NCBI GenBank assembly: GCA_036867785.1
Contig: CP145421.1
Span: 992,001-1,056,000 of the forward strand
DNA length: 64,000 nucleotides
Reading direction: 5' to 3'
Origin: Plasmodiophora brassicae
Taxonomy: Eukaryota
Below the pieces are notes generated by a model. It had not been told where the DNA came from, did not search any database, and worked only from the letters and a program-made list of their open reading frames with translations. Both the position numbers and the translations under genes were made by a program. Shown one piece after another: positions 30,903-42,349 of this stretch; positions within the stretch are counted from its first letter, which is position 1, and every line of letters begins with the position of its first letter.

Positions 30903-32260
30903 ATGTCATCAGACTCGTCTAGTTATGAACAGCAACCTCCGTTCATCGGACTGGCTAGCTGCAACTTGGCAGACAGCCCGCATCATCGTCTGCTAGTTGC
31001 TTCGTACGCTTGTTGCGATTATCTCTGACGTGGGTACTGATACGACCACTGGATAGTCATGACGGCGACCTGGCAACTGTCCGCCAATTACTGGACGATA
31101 CGCTAACGGCGCCAGTCGACCTCGCTGCCCATGATCAGCATGGCAGGACAGCCCTAGGTAGATGTGCTGTCTCCGGTATGCGCTCCTCAGGCATCTGATT
31201 GCTCCGTGTCTCTTCTAGCACTTGCTGCTTGGCAAGGACATCTGGAGATTGTGCGTCTTCTTCTCGACCGGGGAGCGGCTTGGCATTCTCAAGACAACGA
31301 TGGTGTAACTTGCGGCGAATGTATGTTATGGCCCGCAGCGAAGCGTTCGGTGTGTCCCCACTAATGGGCCCGGCTTGCTCACAGATGCCATCCTGTCGGG
31401 TCATCGTGAGATCTACGACGAAGTTCTAAACGCTGGTGTTCGCAGCGAGCTTGTGCTGCGGGCCCTGCGTGCAGGTGATGACCCGGAGCCTTCCGCCGAG
31501 TACCTGCGTGGACATACCAGATACACGCCTGATGCGGTCGTCGACGATAGCAGCAACGGCGTCATGATGGCTTGGGAAACGCCCCTGATGCAGGCGCACG
31601 CCGCCGCCATGCAGTGTACCGGCAAGGACGTCCTGAACGTCGGCTTCGGCATGGGCATCATCGACGAGGCAATCCAGCAACTTCGCCCGGCCACCCATAC
31701 CATCGGTGCAATGCCTTGCCGAATGGCGGTGCGTGTGTGATTCTAACGGTTCACCTGCAGTGGAAGCGCACCCGGACGTGTACGCCAGGATGATCTCACA
31801 AGGATGGGCGCAGCGCCCTGGAGTCCGGATCGTGTTTGGCAAGTGGCAGGACGCCCTCCCGCAGCTGGGCACCTACGACGCCATCATGTTCGACAGTACG
31901 TATGCACCCTGTGTGGGTCTATTTGGCAACCCGCCAACTCAACAGCGGCTAGCGTTCGCCGAATCGGACTACGACCTGGGTGCGTTCCACGAGCAGCTGT
32001 TGGATTTGCTGCGCCCCGATGGCGTCTACACGTTCTTCAACGGTCTGGCAGCTACGAATGCGTTCTTCCACGACGTGTGCCGCGAAGTGACGCGCCTGTC
32101 GCTGGCCGACCTGGGCCTATCGGTCACGTACAGACCGATGGCAGTGAACGCCGCCTGCCCCTCCTGGTCACAGGTCAAGGATCGGTACTGGACGCTGGAC
32201 ACGTACCACCTGCCCATCTGCAGGTTCGAGACGGTCGCCATGGACGAATCGGATTTCTGA
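30903..32260 (+). CDS. RMT2: Protein arginine N-methyltransferase 2 (ankyrin repeats + GAMT-like domain); spliced
   Basis: Ankyrin motifs LLVASHDGDLATVRQLL and HLAAWQGHLEIV. Methyltransferase motifs VMMAWETPLM, VLNVGFGMGIID, EAHPDV, FFNGL..NAFFHDV, RYW.LDTY.LP. Confidence 0.88.
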
Positions 32261-32302
32261 AGCACGATGACATGTATATGCGGGGTGAGGGCAGGAACAG
32301 GG

Positions 32303-32827
32303 TCAGCAGGCCTTCATGTTCATGAACTGGCGCTTGCTGAACGCCATCCAGAATTTGTTGGCCTGGCCGTTGCTGTCGTAGACCCGTTCGAGGATGCGCT
32401 GGGCGCACTCCTCGCGAAGCTGGCGGAAGTAGGCGCGGAACGTATCGGCCTCGGCTCGGTTGGCCGGGTGCGTGAAGAACCCGCCCAATGTGAACCCGGG
32501 CTCGCCCGGGATCGAGAACTCGGCCTTGGAGAACGTGAACAGGTGCTTCGACCCGGACGCTTTGTCGGTGAACCGGGACAGCTGGCGCAGGCACTCGCCA
32601 ATGTACACGGTCAGGTAGACTAGCACGCGATCAGCGCCGCCGTCGACTTCGAACGATCGGAACAGGACGTTGGCCCGGAAGAAATTGATGGCTTCGTCGA
32701 TGATGTCGACGTCATCGGCGCCGGCCGACGGCGCCGGACCTCGTATCATGGTCTTCAGCGGCAGGATCGATGCACCGCAGACGGTCGGCGCCTGCTCATT
32801 CGTCAGCGTGGAATGGTAGACCGGCAT
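32303..32827 (-). CDS. ARPC3: Arp2/3 complex subunit 3 (p21-Arc)
   Basis: MPVYHS..LPLKT..GPAP..DIIDEAINFFRANVLFRSFE..ADRVLVYLT..KFWMAFSKRQFMN. Confidence 0.95.
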   Translation of the reverse strand: MPVYHSTLTNEQAPTVCGASILPLKTMIRGPAPSAGADDVDIIDEAINFFRANVLFRSFEVDGGADRVLVYLTVYIGECLRQLSRFTDKASGSKHLFTFSKAEFSIPGEPGFTLGGFFTHPANRAEADTFRAYFRQLREECAQRILERVYDSNGQANKFWMAFSKRQFMNMKAC

Positions 32828-33071
32828 CGACGCGTCGCTCTATTGGTCCTGACCGCGCGACAACCGACGGGCTGAACCGTTTTGGATACGACGCCCTGTT
32901 GCCACCTAAAAATACGCACGGCCGACGCCCACCCCACCCGGACGCTATTTCGGGGACAGAACGAAGGTAGAGAGGGCTGCACGCCGAGCCTACCTACTGC
33001 TGCTGATCACTCACCGGGGGGCTACTGTTCGCACACTCGGGCAGCGGCGCGCAGTGCCCTGCGACCCCCTT

Positions 33072-34420
33072 TTACCAATGAAGCTGCCGATACCATGATC
33101 GAAGGTTGCACTTGAACAGGCTCCTTAGCCAGCTGGGCACAGGCGACAGCTGCGCGTGCTGCGCGTCGCGTGTTGACGCGTTCTGCAGCAATTGAAGAAC
33201 GTCGTCGTGGCCAAAGTGAGACGCGCATTGCAACGCTTCCATCTGGCTGATGCCGACTGCATCGACGATGACCCCGGGGGCGTCCAGCAGCAGCTCGACG
33301 ACGCGACGCCGTCCAGCGCAAGCCGCTTTGTGGAGCGGCGTCATACCGAATACGGTGCGCGCGTTTACATTGATACCGGGGGCAGCCAGAAGCAGCTGGA
33401 CGATCCGAATTTGCCCCCACTCCGACGCCCTGTGCAGTGCTGTCCACTGGCCCATTTCGCAAGCATTCACGTCCACGTCGGGGGCCTGTAGCAGCAACTC
33501 GACGGAGCGCTCGCAAAGGCTGGACACGGCAGAGTGCAGCGCCGTCCTTTGATAATTGTCGACCGCGTTAACGACAATGCCCGGGACCTTCAGCAACAAT
33601 TCCACAACGTTATAGTGCCTTCTGGTCGCCGCCCAGTTCAGCGGCGTCCTATGGCCGAGAGCGTCGCGGATATTGACATCAATGCCGGGTACATTCACGA
33701 GCAGATCGACGATCAGCTCCTCACCGCGCATGGCGGACCAGCACAGCAGACCCCACATGGGAACCCATCGTTCGACGTTGAGGAACGTGCCGTTGCCGCC
33801 GCCGACAAGGACATCGCGGACCCGGTTGACGATTGCCTTCTGCTCATCGGTTTTGGCGACCTGACCGAGTCGTACAATGCCGGGGACATTGTCCACGACG
33901 AACACATTCAGGTCCGAAGGCAGCTCGTCCCGCATGGAAGCGATATCACCCCAGGCCCGCTTCGACGATACGATGGCGGTCATCAGTGGCCGCATGTCGA
34001 GGAAATCGGCGGCAATCAGCAGTCGGCATTGGCCCTCAAGAGACGTCGTCCTCAGCCTCTCCCGGACCCATATTTGGGCAGCGCGGTTAACCTGTTGGTG
34101 AACACTCAGGAATCGTGGGCAGTACGTAAATCCCCATGCCGGCATACATCTGCGACTGCGGTTGTGTTGATGAAATCCACAACTGCCTCCAGCTCGGCTC
34201 TGGCAATATTGGACAGCGAAACGTTGCTGGCGTTGTCGCCAACGCAATCAACCAGGTCGCTCAGCAATCCGGAATGGGCAATGGCACGCGAAATCGGGAC
34301 AATGTGTACTGCACCGTCGCCGGAGCGAAGTGTCAGCATCCCTACACGACCGCCGGACAGGGCGCTGACGATGACGAACGACGCGAGTGCCACAAGACGA
34401 CCGCGATTGCCGATGAACAT
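33072..34420 (-). CDS. Secreted SKP1/BTB-POZ + ankyrin-repeat protein (candidate effector); intron 34092-34147
   Basis: Hydrophobic leader, then SKP1-like LTLRSGDG..HSGLL..LEAVVDF..LLIAADFLDM, then about five ankyrin repeats (TPLNWAA, TALHSAV, TALHRAS, TPLHKAA). Confidence 0.8.
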
Positions 34421-34828
34421 GTTGCCTGTCCTGTTGCCGCTCAACGTCGGACTGCGGACGAGGGCAGGTGCCGGTAGGTTATGGATAACAAATATCAATG
34501 AACTCCTGAGCGCCCCCAAACAGGCAGGAACAGAGCAGGGCGGGTTTCAGAACGTCTTGCCGGTGCGGCGGTTCGGCGCGTCGATGCGGTTCGCGGGTTG
34601 TTGGTTGTAGTTGTACGTTGCCGCCGTGTGTGTTGGGGGGTACACGATGTGAACGACGGACGGCCGCCCCCCTGTCTTCTGGCCTATGAGAACGATGCGC
34701 AGTAGAGTCAGGTTTTTGCTGCGCGCCGGGGCCTCACCACCGTTGACAGCGACACGCGGAGGGTTTGCGCCTGACCTGTATCCGCCCGGCGACGTGACGC
34801 TGCCAGGCAGACGAACGCCGTCGCCGTC

Positions 34829-37800
34829 ATGTCGTTCGCCGTGCGCATGGACTCGTTCAAGCGCCTGAACGTGCCCGTCGGCGGCGGCGACGAGGGCCCG
34901 GGTGAGTTCCTCGTGCGGCCGTGGATAGCGGCGCCGTCCGTCGGCCAGCACGTCTTCACATACGATGCCGACGACCTGCGCGCCATGACACGACGGGGCA
35001 ATCCGTCGCTGCTCGCCGAAATGGGTGGTGTACAGGTACGCCCTTTCCACGAACCTGTCTGTCTCACATGCCTAGACGTGCGCGTGTCACACAGGGTTTG
35101 GCAGCTGCCCTGCGATCCAACCTGAAAACAGGATTGCACAGTGACGAGTTCAGCACGCAGTTCGCCAAACGACGGTATCGCGTGCTCGTCACCCGTCTCG
35201 GTGAACGCCCCTCAGCGGCCGATTAGGGTGGCCTACGGGAGGAACGCCGTCGACAAGCCGCCATGCCCATCGTTCCTGAAACTGGCATGGCAAGCGCTCC
35301 ATGATCCGATGCTTGTCGCACTGTGCACGGCGGGGACGGTCTCGATGGGGATCGGACTGTATCGTGATCTGTCCAAAGGTGTCAAGGCAGTGGCGTCTCC
35401 ATTCGCAAATGTCCTGACTGCGATCCAGGATGGATTGAGGGTACTGCCATTCTTTTCGCAGTCGTTGCCGTTACCATTGTGGACGCGTGGAATAACTGGA
35501 GAAAGGTCCCCTGCCCTGCGCGTGAATCGATCGTGGCTGCGTGCTGATCTCATCATCGTCGTCATCGTACAGGAACGCCAGTTCCGGCAGATGGACGACG
35601 ACAAGGACAGGACATTCACGCTGGTGATGCGCAGTGGTGAGACCGTCCAAGTGGATAGCTCAGACGTTAACGTTGGGGACATTGTCATTCTTCGCAGCGG
35701 CTCGCTTGTGCCTGCAGACGGTAAACGCGCGCTGGGCATTTCGGTGCCCATACTATTCTGATGGTTCTGTAGCGGTCTTTGTGGCTGGTGATAATGTCAA
35801 ATGCAACGAGTCACAGTTGACAGGCGAGAACATCGCCGTCAAGAAGAATGCGCGGGTAACGACAACGTTGTAGCCATCGTCCATTCCACCTCTCACATCT
35901 GGCGCAGTCGCCCTTCGTGTTCGCTGGCACGGAAGTCGTTGACGGAGAAGGCCTCTTCATTGTGACCGCTGTCGGGATTCGTACCGAATGGGGACAGATT
36001 ATGGCGTCCGTGACGCAGGAGCGCCACCTGACGCCGCTGCAGATCAAGTTGGAGAAGTAGGTACGCAAGAAGCGCTCAGTGGGACGCATGCTTATGCGAT
36101 CGTACAGAATGGCGGCCAAGTTAGGGAAAGGCGGCCTCGCGGTTTCCCTGATTCTGTTCATCAGTCTGCTGTGCAAAGGTTTGCAATAGCGTGCAAGTGC
36201 TCATGAGCATTGTACTGACTGACACGGCATCGATCAATAGGTGCATACCAGCTGATTGGGGACGACTCCTATGACTTGTGGTCGGACATAACCAACGCTG
36301 TCATTATTGCAGTCACCATTCGTATGCGAGAATTGAGCACATGCGTAAATGCGGCGTTTGATTCGGCATGGTTACAGTCGTTGTGGCGATCCCTGAAGGC
36401 TTGCCTTTGGCGGTGACGGTCAGTCTGTCGTATTCGATGAAGGCCATGGTCAAGGACAATATATTTGTTCGTGTTTTATCGGCGTGCGAAACCATGGGCA
36501 ACGCGACCCAGATTTGCAGCGACAAGACAGGTACAAACCTTGGCCATATGCGGAAATCCTTCGTATCAAGCCACCCATGGACAGGAACCCTTACGCAAAA
36601 CCAGATGACGGTTGTTCGAGCGCTCGTTGTCGACCGCATATTCAATGTCCCAGGGCTGGAGCCGAACGTCTCTGCTGATGTCGCCCATCTAATCACGGAG
36701 GGCGTCGCTTTGAACTCAAAAGCACTCGTTGTATCTCAGGAGGTTACTTTCAGTTTCCACTGGCGCCTTTCGTTTGCTGAAACCGAGATTAGGGGCCCTT
36801 GTCCAAAATGGATGGTGGCAATCCAACCGAGTGTGCTCTCCTGCTCTGGGCTGTATCCGAGTTCCAGTGCGACTACGCCAGCTTGCGAGAACGCTTCCCT
36901 CTTGTAAAGGCATGGCCTTTCAATTCCATCGTGAAAAGGTCCGCGGTGCTGTTCCAGCCCAGCCCTCATGTCTGTCGGATTCATATTAAAGGTCAGCCAG
37001 GTACCTGTCAGGAAACGACATCGTGGATGAACCGTTGTGTTCTTAGGTGCTGCGGAGCAGGTCGTCGGCGCGTCACCTTTCGACAAAGACGCCTGTCGAA
37101 AAGTGCTATCCAGTGATGGGTCAGTATTGGAGCTGAGCGGATCGCTGCGGAGACGAGTTTTGGAACAGATCACGAGTATGACGCGAGAAGGTCTACGATG
37201 CATCGCCCTGGCCTACCAGGACGTGGAATGCCTTCCTGAAGAGCTAGCGGAAACAGATGATGTCAATGTGGACAATCTCGTGCTGATAGCCGTTTGCGGC
37301 ATGAAGGATCCCATTCGTCCAGAAGCGCCTATCTCTGTAGCCAGGTGCCAACGGGCAGGAGTGGTCGTCCGTATGGTGACCGGGGATCACGTTGATACCG
37401 CCACGTTCATTGCAAGGTGCGCAGTCGGGCTTCAACGGGAAGTAATTTGAACCAACCAACACCATTGCAGGGAATGCGGCATCGTCAGCAGCGCGAACGA
37501 TACGATCGTCACTGGTGACCAGTTCCGCTCCTGGACGGTGCGTGAAAAGTATTTAAACGTTCCGTCCATGCGGGTGTTAGCCAGATCTCGTCCTGATGAC
37601 AAAGAACAGCTTGTCCGTTTCTTGAGGGTATTTCCTTACCATTGTCGTGTTGACCAAAGCTGAGGGATCCCGTGCTGCCCTGCAGGAGCAGGGTGAAGTC
37701 GTTGCGGTGACCGGGGATGGCACTAACGACGCGCCTGCATTGGCGGCCGCTCATGTCGGGTTTTCGATGGGTCTGACGGGGTCCGACGTGGCCAAACGGG

Positions 37801-38901
37801 CTTCACACATTATCATCATGGACGACAACTTCGCATCAATTGTCAAAGCCATTATGTGGTACGCTGTCAATGTCAGATTTGTCTGTCTGCGCTTACGTTT
37901 TATGCACAGGGGCAGATCCTGCTTCGACAACATTCGGCGATTCGTCCAGTTTCAAACGACCGTTAACGTTGTTGCGGTCACGTTCGCCTTGATCGGGTCG
38001 TTCACCCAATTCGAAGTCCCGCTCAAGGCCGTTCAGCTTCTTTGGGTCAACCTTATCATGGACACGATGGCAGCCCTGGCCGTAAGTCTCGTTTTCGCTG
38101 GTCATTCTATATTCTAATTATCCTCGAAGCTTGGAACGGAAAAGCCGACTTTTGATCTTCTGAACCGCAGGTCGGGCGTACCTGCGTTGGCGGCTTGCGA
38201 TCGACCCTGACGTCATGTCGTGCAGGCCGTACCGGTTGAACGCCGCGCTTGTCAATTCGATCATGTGGAGGAACATCATATGCCAGTCCGTCTTTCAGCT
38301 CATCGTACTCGGATACCTGCTGCTGTACTTTGATCGAGGCGGTAGGATTCGCGTCCTACCCGGCGTGGTTGTCGTTCAACCGTTGCACAGACCGATCCGA
38401 GGCCGTAATGCTGACCATCGTATTCAACACATTCGTGTTTCTGCAAGTGTTCAACGAGCTGAATGCCCGGCTGGTCAACGTAGGCGGTATGCCGCTGCGG
38501 ATGTTGCATGACGGCTAAGGTGCCAAGTGACACATCGGCTTAGAGCATAATCCGTTTAGAGGCCTGTGCCGGAACCCAGTCTTTTTATCCGTCCTTGGCG
38601 GAACCGTCATTGTTCAGATCATTCTCGTGGAAGCCCTGAATGAGTTCGCGCAAACGGTTCCGTTGACATTATCGGACTGGGGCCTGTGCATCGGTCTCGG
38701 TGCACTGTCACTGCCAATCGGTACAGTCCGGTATGCGCGCGCATCTGCCGGCAAACCCGTTCACCTGTTTGTGCCGTCTGCTATCCAGGGTGTATCGTTT
38801 GCCGGTTGCCGGTTGCTGAGGACGAGAACGCGTTTCACCGGTCACTGGATCTGAACCCGGATTCCCCCGACTTTGACGATCTACACAAGACTACTGTATA
38901 A
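34829..38901 (+). CDS. P-type Ca2+-transporting ATPase (P2B, PMCA/ACA-like); many introns
   Basis: [79 protein letters not shown]. Confidence 0.92.
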
Positions 38902-39248
38902 CAAGCGACAGCGCCGAGTATATGCATAAAATATGCCCGCGTATGGTTCGCAGCTGCTGCTGCACTGTATCGGCAATGCACCAGTATGGCCCGACGAGGG
39001 TTCGCCGTTGGAGCCCCCGCATGACACCATGGCGATCGACCGGCGGTACTCGATCATGTCCTCGTGGTGCATCTATATCCGACAGTTGCTGGCTCCGGTG
39101 TAGGCAGTAGGCAGTACCTGGGGGACTGTCGACCACACCCAGCAAAGCGTTCCGCCGCCTCTGCCGCTATTGCGCGCGCAATCGACTGTTCGACGGCGAC
39201 ACCCGCGCAATCGCGTCCCGTGGCGTGTGAAGGCGCCAGCGCCATCCC

Positions 39249-40127
39249 ATGTCGGGCACCAGCGGCGACCTGGTTCGCGCGCAAGCCCTCGCCCGGGAAG
39301 CGGTCGCCCTGGACAGCAACGGGCAGTACACGCTGGCGGCCGTCAAGTACAGGGAGGCGGCTCTGCTGATGGCTGGAACGCCCAGGTGCGGCCTGTACCT
39401 GATCGACGCTTGTTGATTCGGTGGCGTCCCTAACGCACACGAGCCACAGCCTGAAAACGAAACGCGACACGTACGAGCGGCGGTCTCGCCTGCTGACGTC
39501 AATGTTCGTCAAGCGCGAGAGCCTGCCCGTCGTGGCCGCGCAGGGCATCGCCGTCATCAGCCAGGCGATCGCCCTCGACGACGCCGACCACCCGGAAAAC
39601 AGGCCGATCGCGCTCCAACTGTGTACGTCCACCAGCAGCATTGGCAGGGCCATGCTGCCCCGCTACGTGGCTCTGCTGACGGGCCGCCCCGGCAGACTTG
39701 AACGGCATCGACCTGTTGATCCAGGGCCTGCAGAGCGCATCGCTGCCGGCCAACTGCGTCTGCCGGCAAACGCTGGCGCAGCGCATCGACATCTACATGA
39801 AACGGGCCGAGATCGTGCGCTCCCTGATTGACCAGAGCGGCCAGCAGCGGGCCGCACCCGAGTCGCCGTCGGCGCCCCCTGCTGTCGGCACCGACATTGG
39901 CAGCATGCACATGTGCGTTGTCTGTCTCGACAGGGACATTGGTTCGTGGCACCGGAACGCTGTGTGTGTGTGTGTGTGTGACGCTTCGCTGATCAGACAC
40001 GGTGATGCTCGACTGCGGCCATTCGGCCCTGTGCTCCCGGTGCGCCGCCGACATCATGAAGCTGGACTCGCTCTGCGTCATATGCAGGCAGGGCATCAAG
40101 GAGATAAAGCGCATCTACATATCATAG
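39249..40127 (+). CDS. Tandem MIT-like domains + C-terminal RING-HC E3 ligase; spliced
   Basis: MIT-like helices AREAVALDSNGQY..KYREA and SQAIALDD..NGIDLL..IDIYMKRAE. RING CVVCLDR..DCGHSALCSRC..CVICR. Confidence 0.7.
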
Positions 40128-40200
40128 CATCTATCCCGTTGGCGTGTGACGACAACGCCGGCCCCCGGACGAGTGCCGACGCGACCGTCACGCCCGGCGT

Positions 40201-41797
40201 TCAAATCTGCTTCGACTTGTTCCTGGCCACGATTCTGGCGTAGACGGCGAACCCCATCACAAGGACGGTGACAATCAGGAACGCCCGGAAGCGGGGTGAC
40301 ATCTGTACACATAGTAGTAATGGTTAGCGACCTGGGCGACAGGCAGATGATGGACGTGCGGCACGTCGGTACCCAGCGTAGCAGGGCCGGCTTGGCGGCG
40401 ATGGAAATCGGTTCCACGGGCGCCATTGCCTGCCAGTCGCGCAGAACGAACGCCAGGATGCTGTCCTCGTCCACGGTCCCGTCAAACAGGAACGTGCGCC
40501 CATCTTTGACCCTGCACGCGGAACGGTTAGCATTCGGCCGGTCAAACCCGGGGCGCCTCCGTCGTCATATATACAGGAAGAACACGGGCACCGACGCGCG
40601 CCCGTACTTCGCCAGCAAGCCTGTCGCAGCAGTCAGGACGCATCAGCTCCATTCCAGGCAAGCACTGCAGCAACCTGGCGTCGATAGCATTTCGCCGAAG
40701 CGAACCTGTTGCCCATCGGCGCCGTCCAGCTTTGCCGTCAGGGACATCCACAACGGGATAACCTCCTGGCACGACGCCGCATAGGGCGAACACCTGACCG
40801 AGCTCAGTTGCCGTTCCGGTCTGAGAGCCCGACATTGTGTCGACGGGCACCGACATTTTAATGAGCCAGGTGCCCTGCGTCGTCAACTGGTCGACGTCGT
40901 CCTGCGTGAGCTGGATGGATTTCAGTGCCTTCTTTGCAATCTCGAACGAGCCCGCCATGTCTGCAGAGGCGTAAACGGCAAGGGCAACCCCGATCACCAA
41001 CACGTTGTACCTTGGCTACTGCTGCCGACAGCATTATCTTGCCGGACGACCGGCTATCAGGATTGCCGTTAGAACGAGCAGGGCACGGCGCCATCATGTA
41101 CAGTGGCTGACCTTGGCGTCCGCGTTGCCTGGCACGACGGGCTCGCGAGGCGCAAAGATGCCGCTGGACTCGCTGATGATGAAGGTGGGCACCCTCTGAC
41201 TCCACCCCGTTGCCGGGTTCGCCACGATGTGCGCCAGGAAGGCGTCCAGCGAGCGCTGGCCTTGATAATGCCAGACGCGACCCTGCTCGTAGCTGCGTTC
41301 GACGCCCCATAAGCACAACGCGACAAGGCACGGTGGCGGTGAGTTGCCCCCTACAAGACTAACGTCGGGTACCCTTGCACGCGGAACGCCGCCTGCAACT
41401 CTGAACCAACGAGGGAACCCGCGTCAGTACAGGGGGAAGGGGGCGACATGGACGCCTATTCATTCCCAAACGTACTCGGGTTCTTCGTGCAGTCAATCTC
41501 GCCGATGCGAACCTGGTGGGCGGGGTCGATCTCCTTGGCGAGCCGGTCCCAGGTGGGCGCCAGGTCCAGGCAGTGGCCGCACCAGGGCGCGTACAGCTTG
41601 ATGAACCACGCGTCGTCGCCGACGACCGCATGGAACGACCGGTCGTCGAGGACGACCGACGACCGGGCCCGGGCCCCGCGGAACACGTCCGCTGGCGTCT
41701 TCACGTCGGCGTCGGCGCTCGGCTCGACCATCGCACCGCCGCCACCGACGACATACATCAGCAGGGCAAGTACCGCTACGAAGACCGTCCAGCACAT
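40201..41797 (-). CDS. Membrane-anchored PDI/TMX-type protein with two thioredoxin domains; spliced
   Basis: Signal peptide; domain 1 YAPWCGHC..GYPT; domain 2 with degenerate site SPYAASC; C-terminal TM helix and KSKQI (KxKxx ER-retrieval) ending at TGA 40201. Confidence 0.75.
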
Positions 41798-42349
41798 GTC
41801 GGGGGGCGGGGACGTTCCGGTCACCTACGGTAAGTGACCCACCACTCCGCCAGCGGGGCCGAATTCGTTCCGCCGTTCGAAAAACGCCGGCGACGCGGGC
41901 GGGCAGCGGTCGCAGACCCACCCACCTGGCCCCCGCCCAACGGCACCGCGGGTCATCCGCGGCCGGCGAACTGCGTGCACCACCGGGCCGGCGTGTGCGG
42001 GCCCGGCCCCGCCAGCGTCGCTCCGGAGCTGCCGCCGTCGGAAGCCACGCAGTCCAGCTGCAGAACGGAGTGGAGGGCCGGCACCAACAGGGTACCCGGA
42101 CAGGTACTGCCTGTCACCGCATAGATTATCCAGGCCGGGTAGGTACGTACGACACGGCGCTGCCACCGCGAGAGGGGGGGCCCGTCGGCAGAGGCGGGAG
42201 GGGGCGGGCAGCGGCGGCGGCCATTCTAAATGTGGATCGACGGGCGCACGAAAATAGCACGCGCGCGTTTGAACTTGACAGAGACCCATCGGCCCTGGAT
42301 CGCGGGCCGCGACGACGCGCAGCGCATACCGATCAACGGGCGGGTGCTG

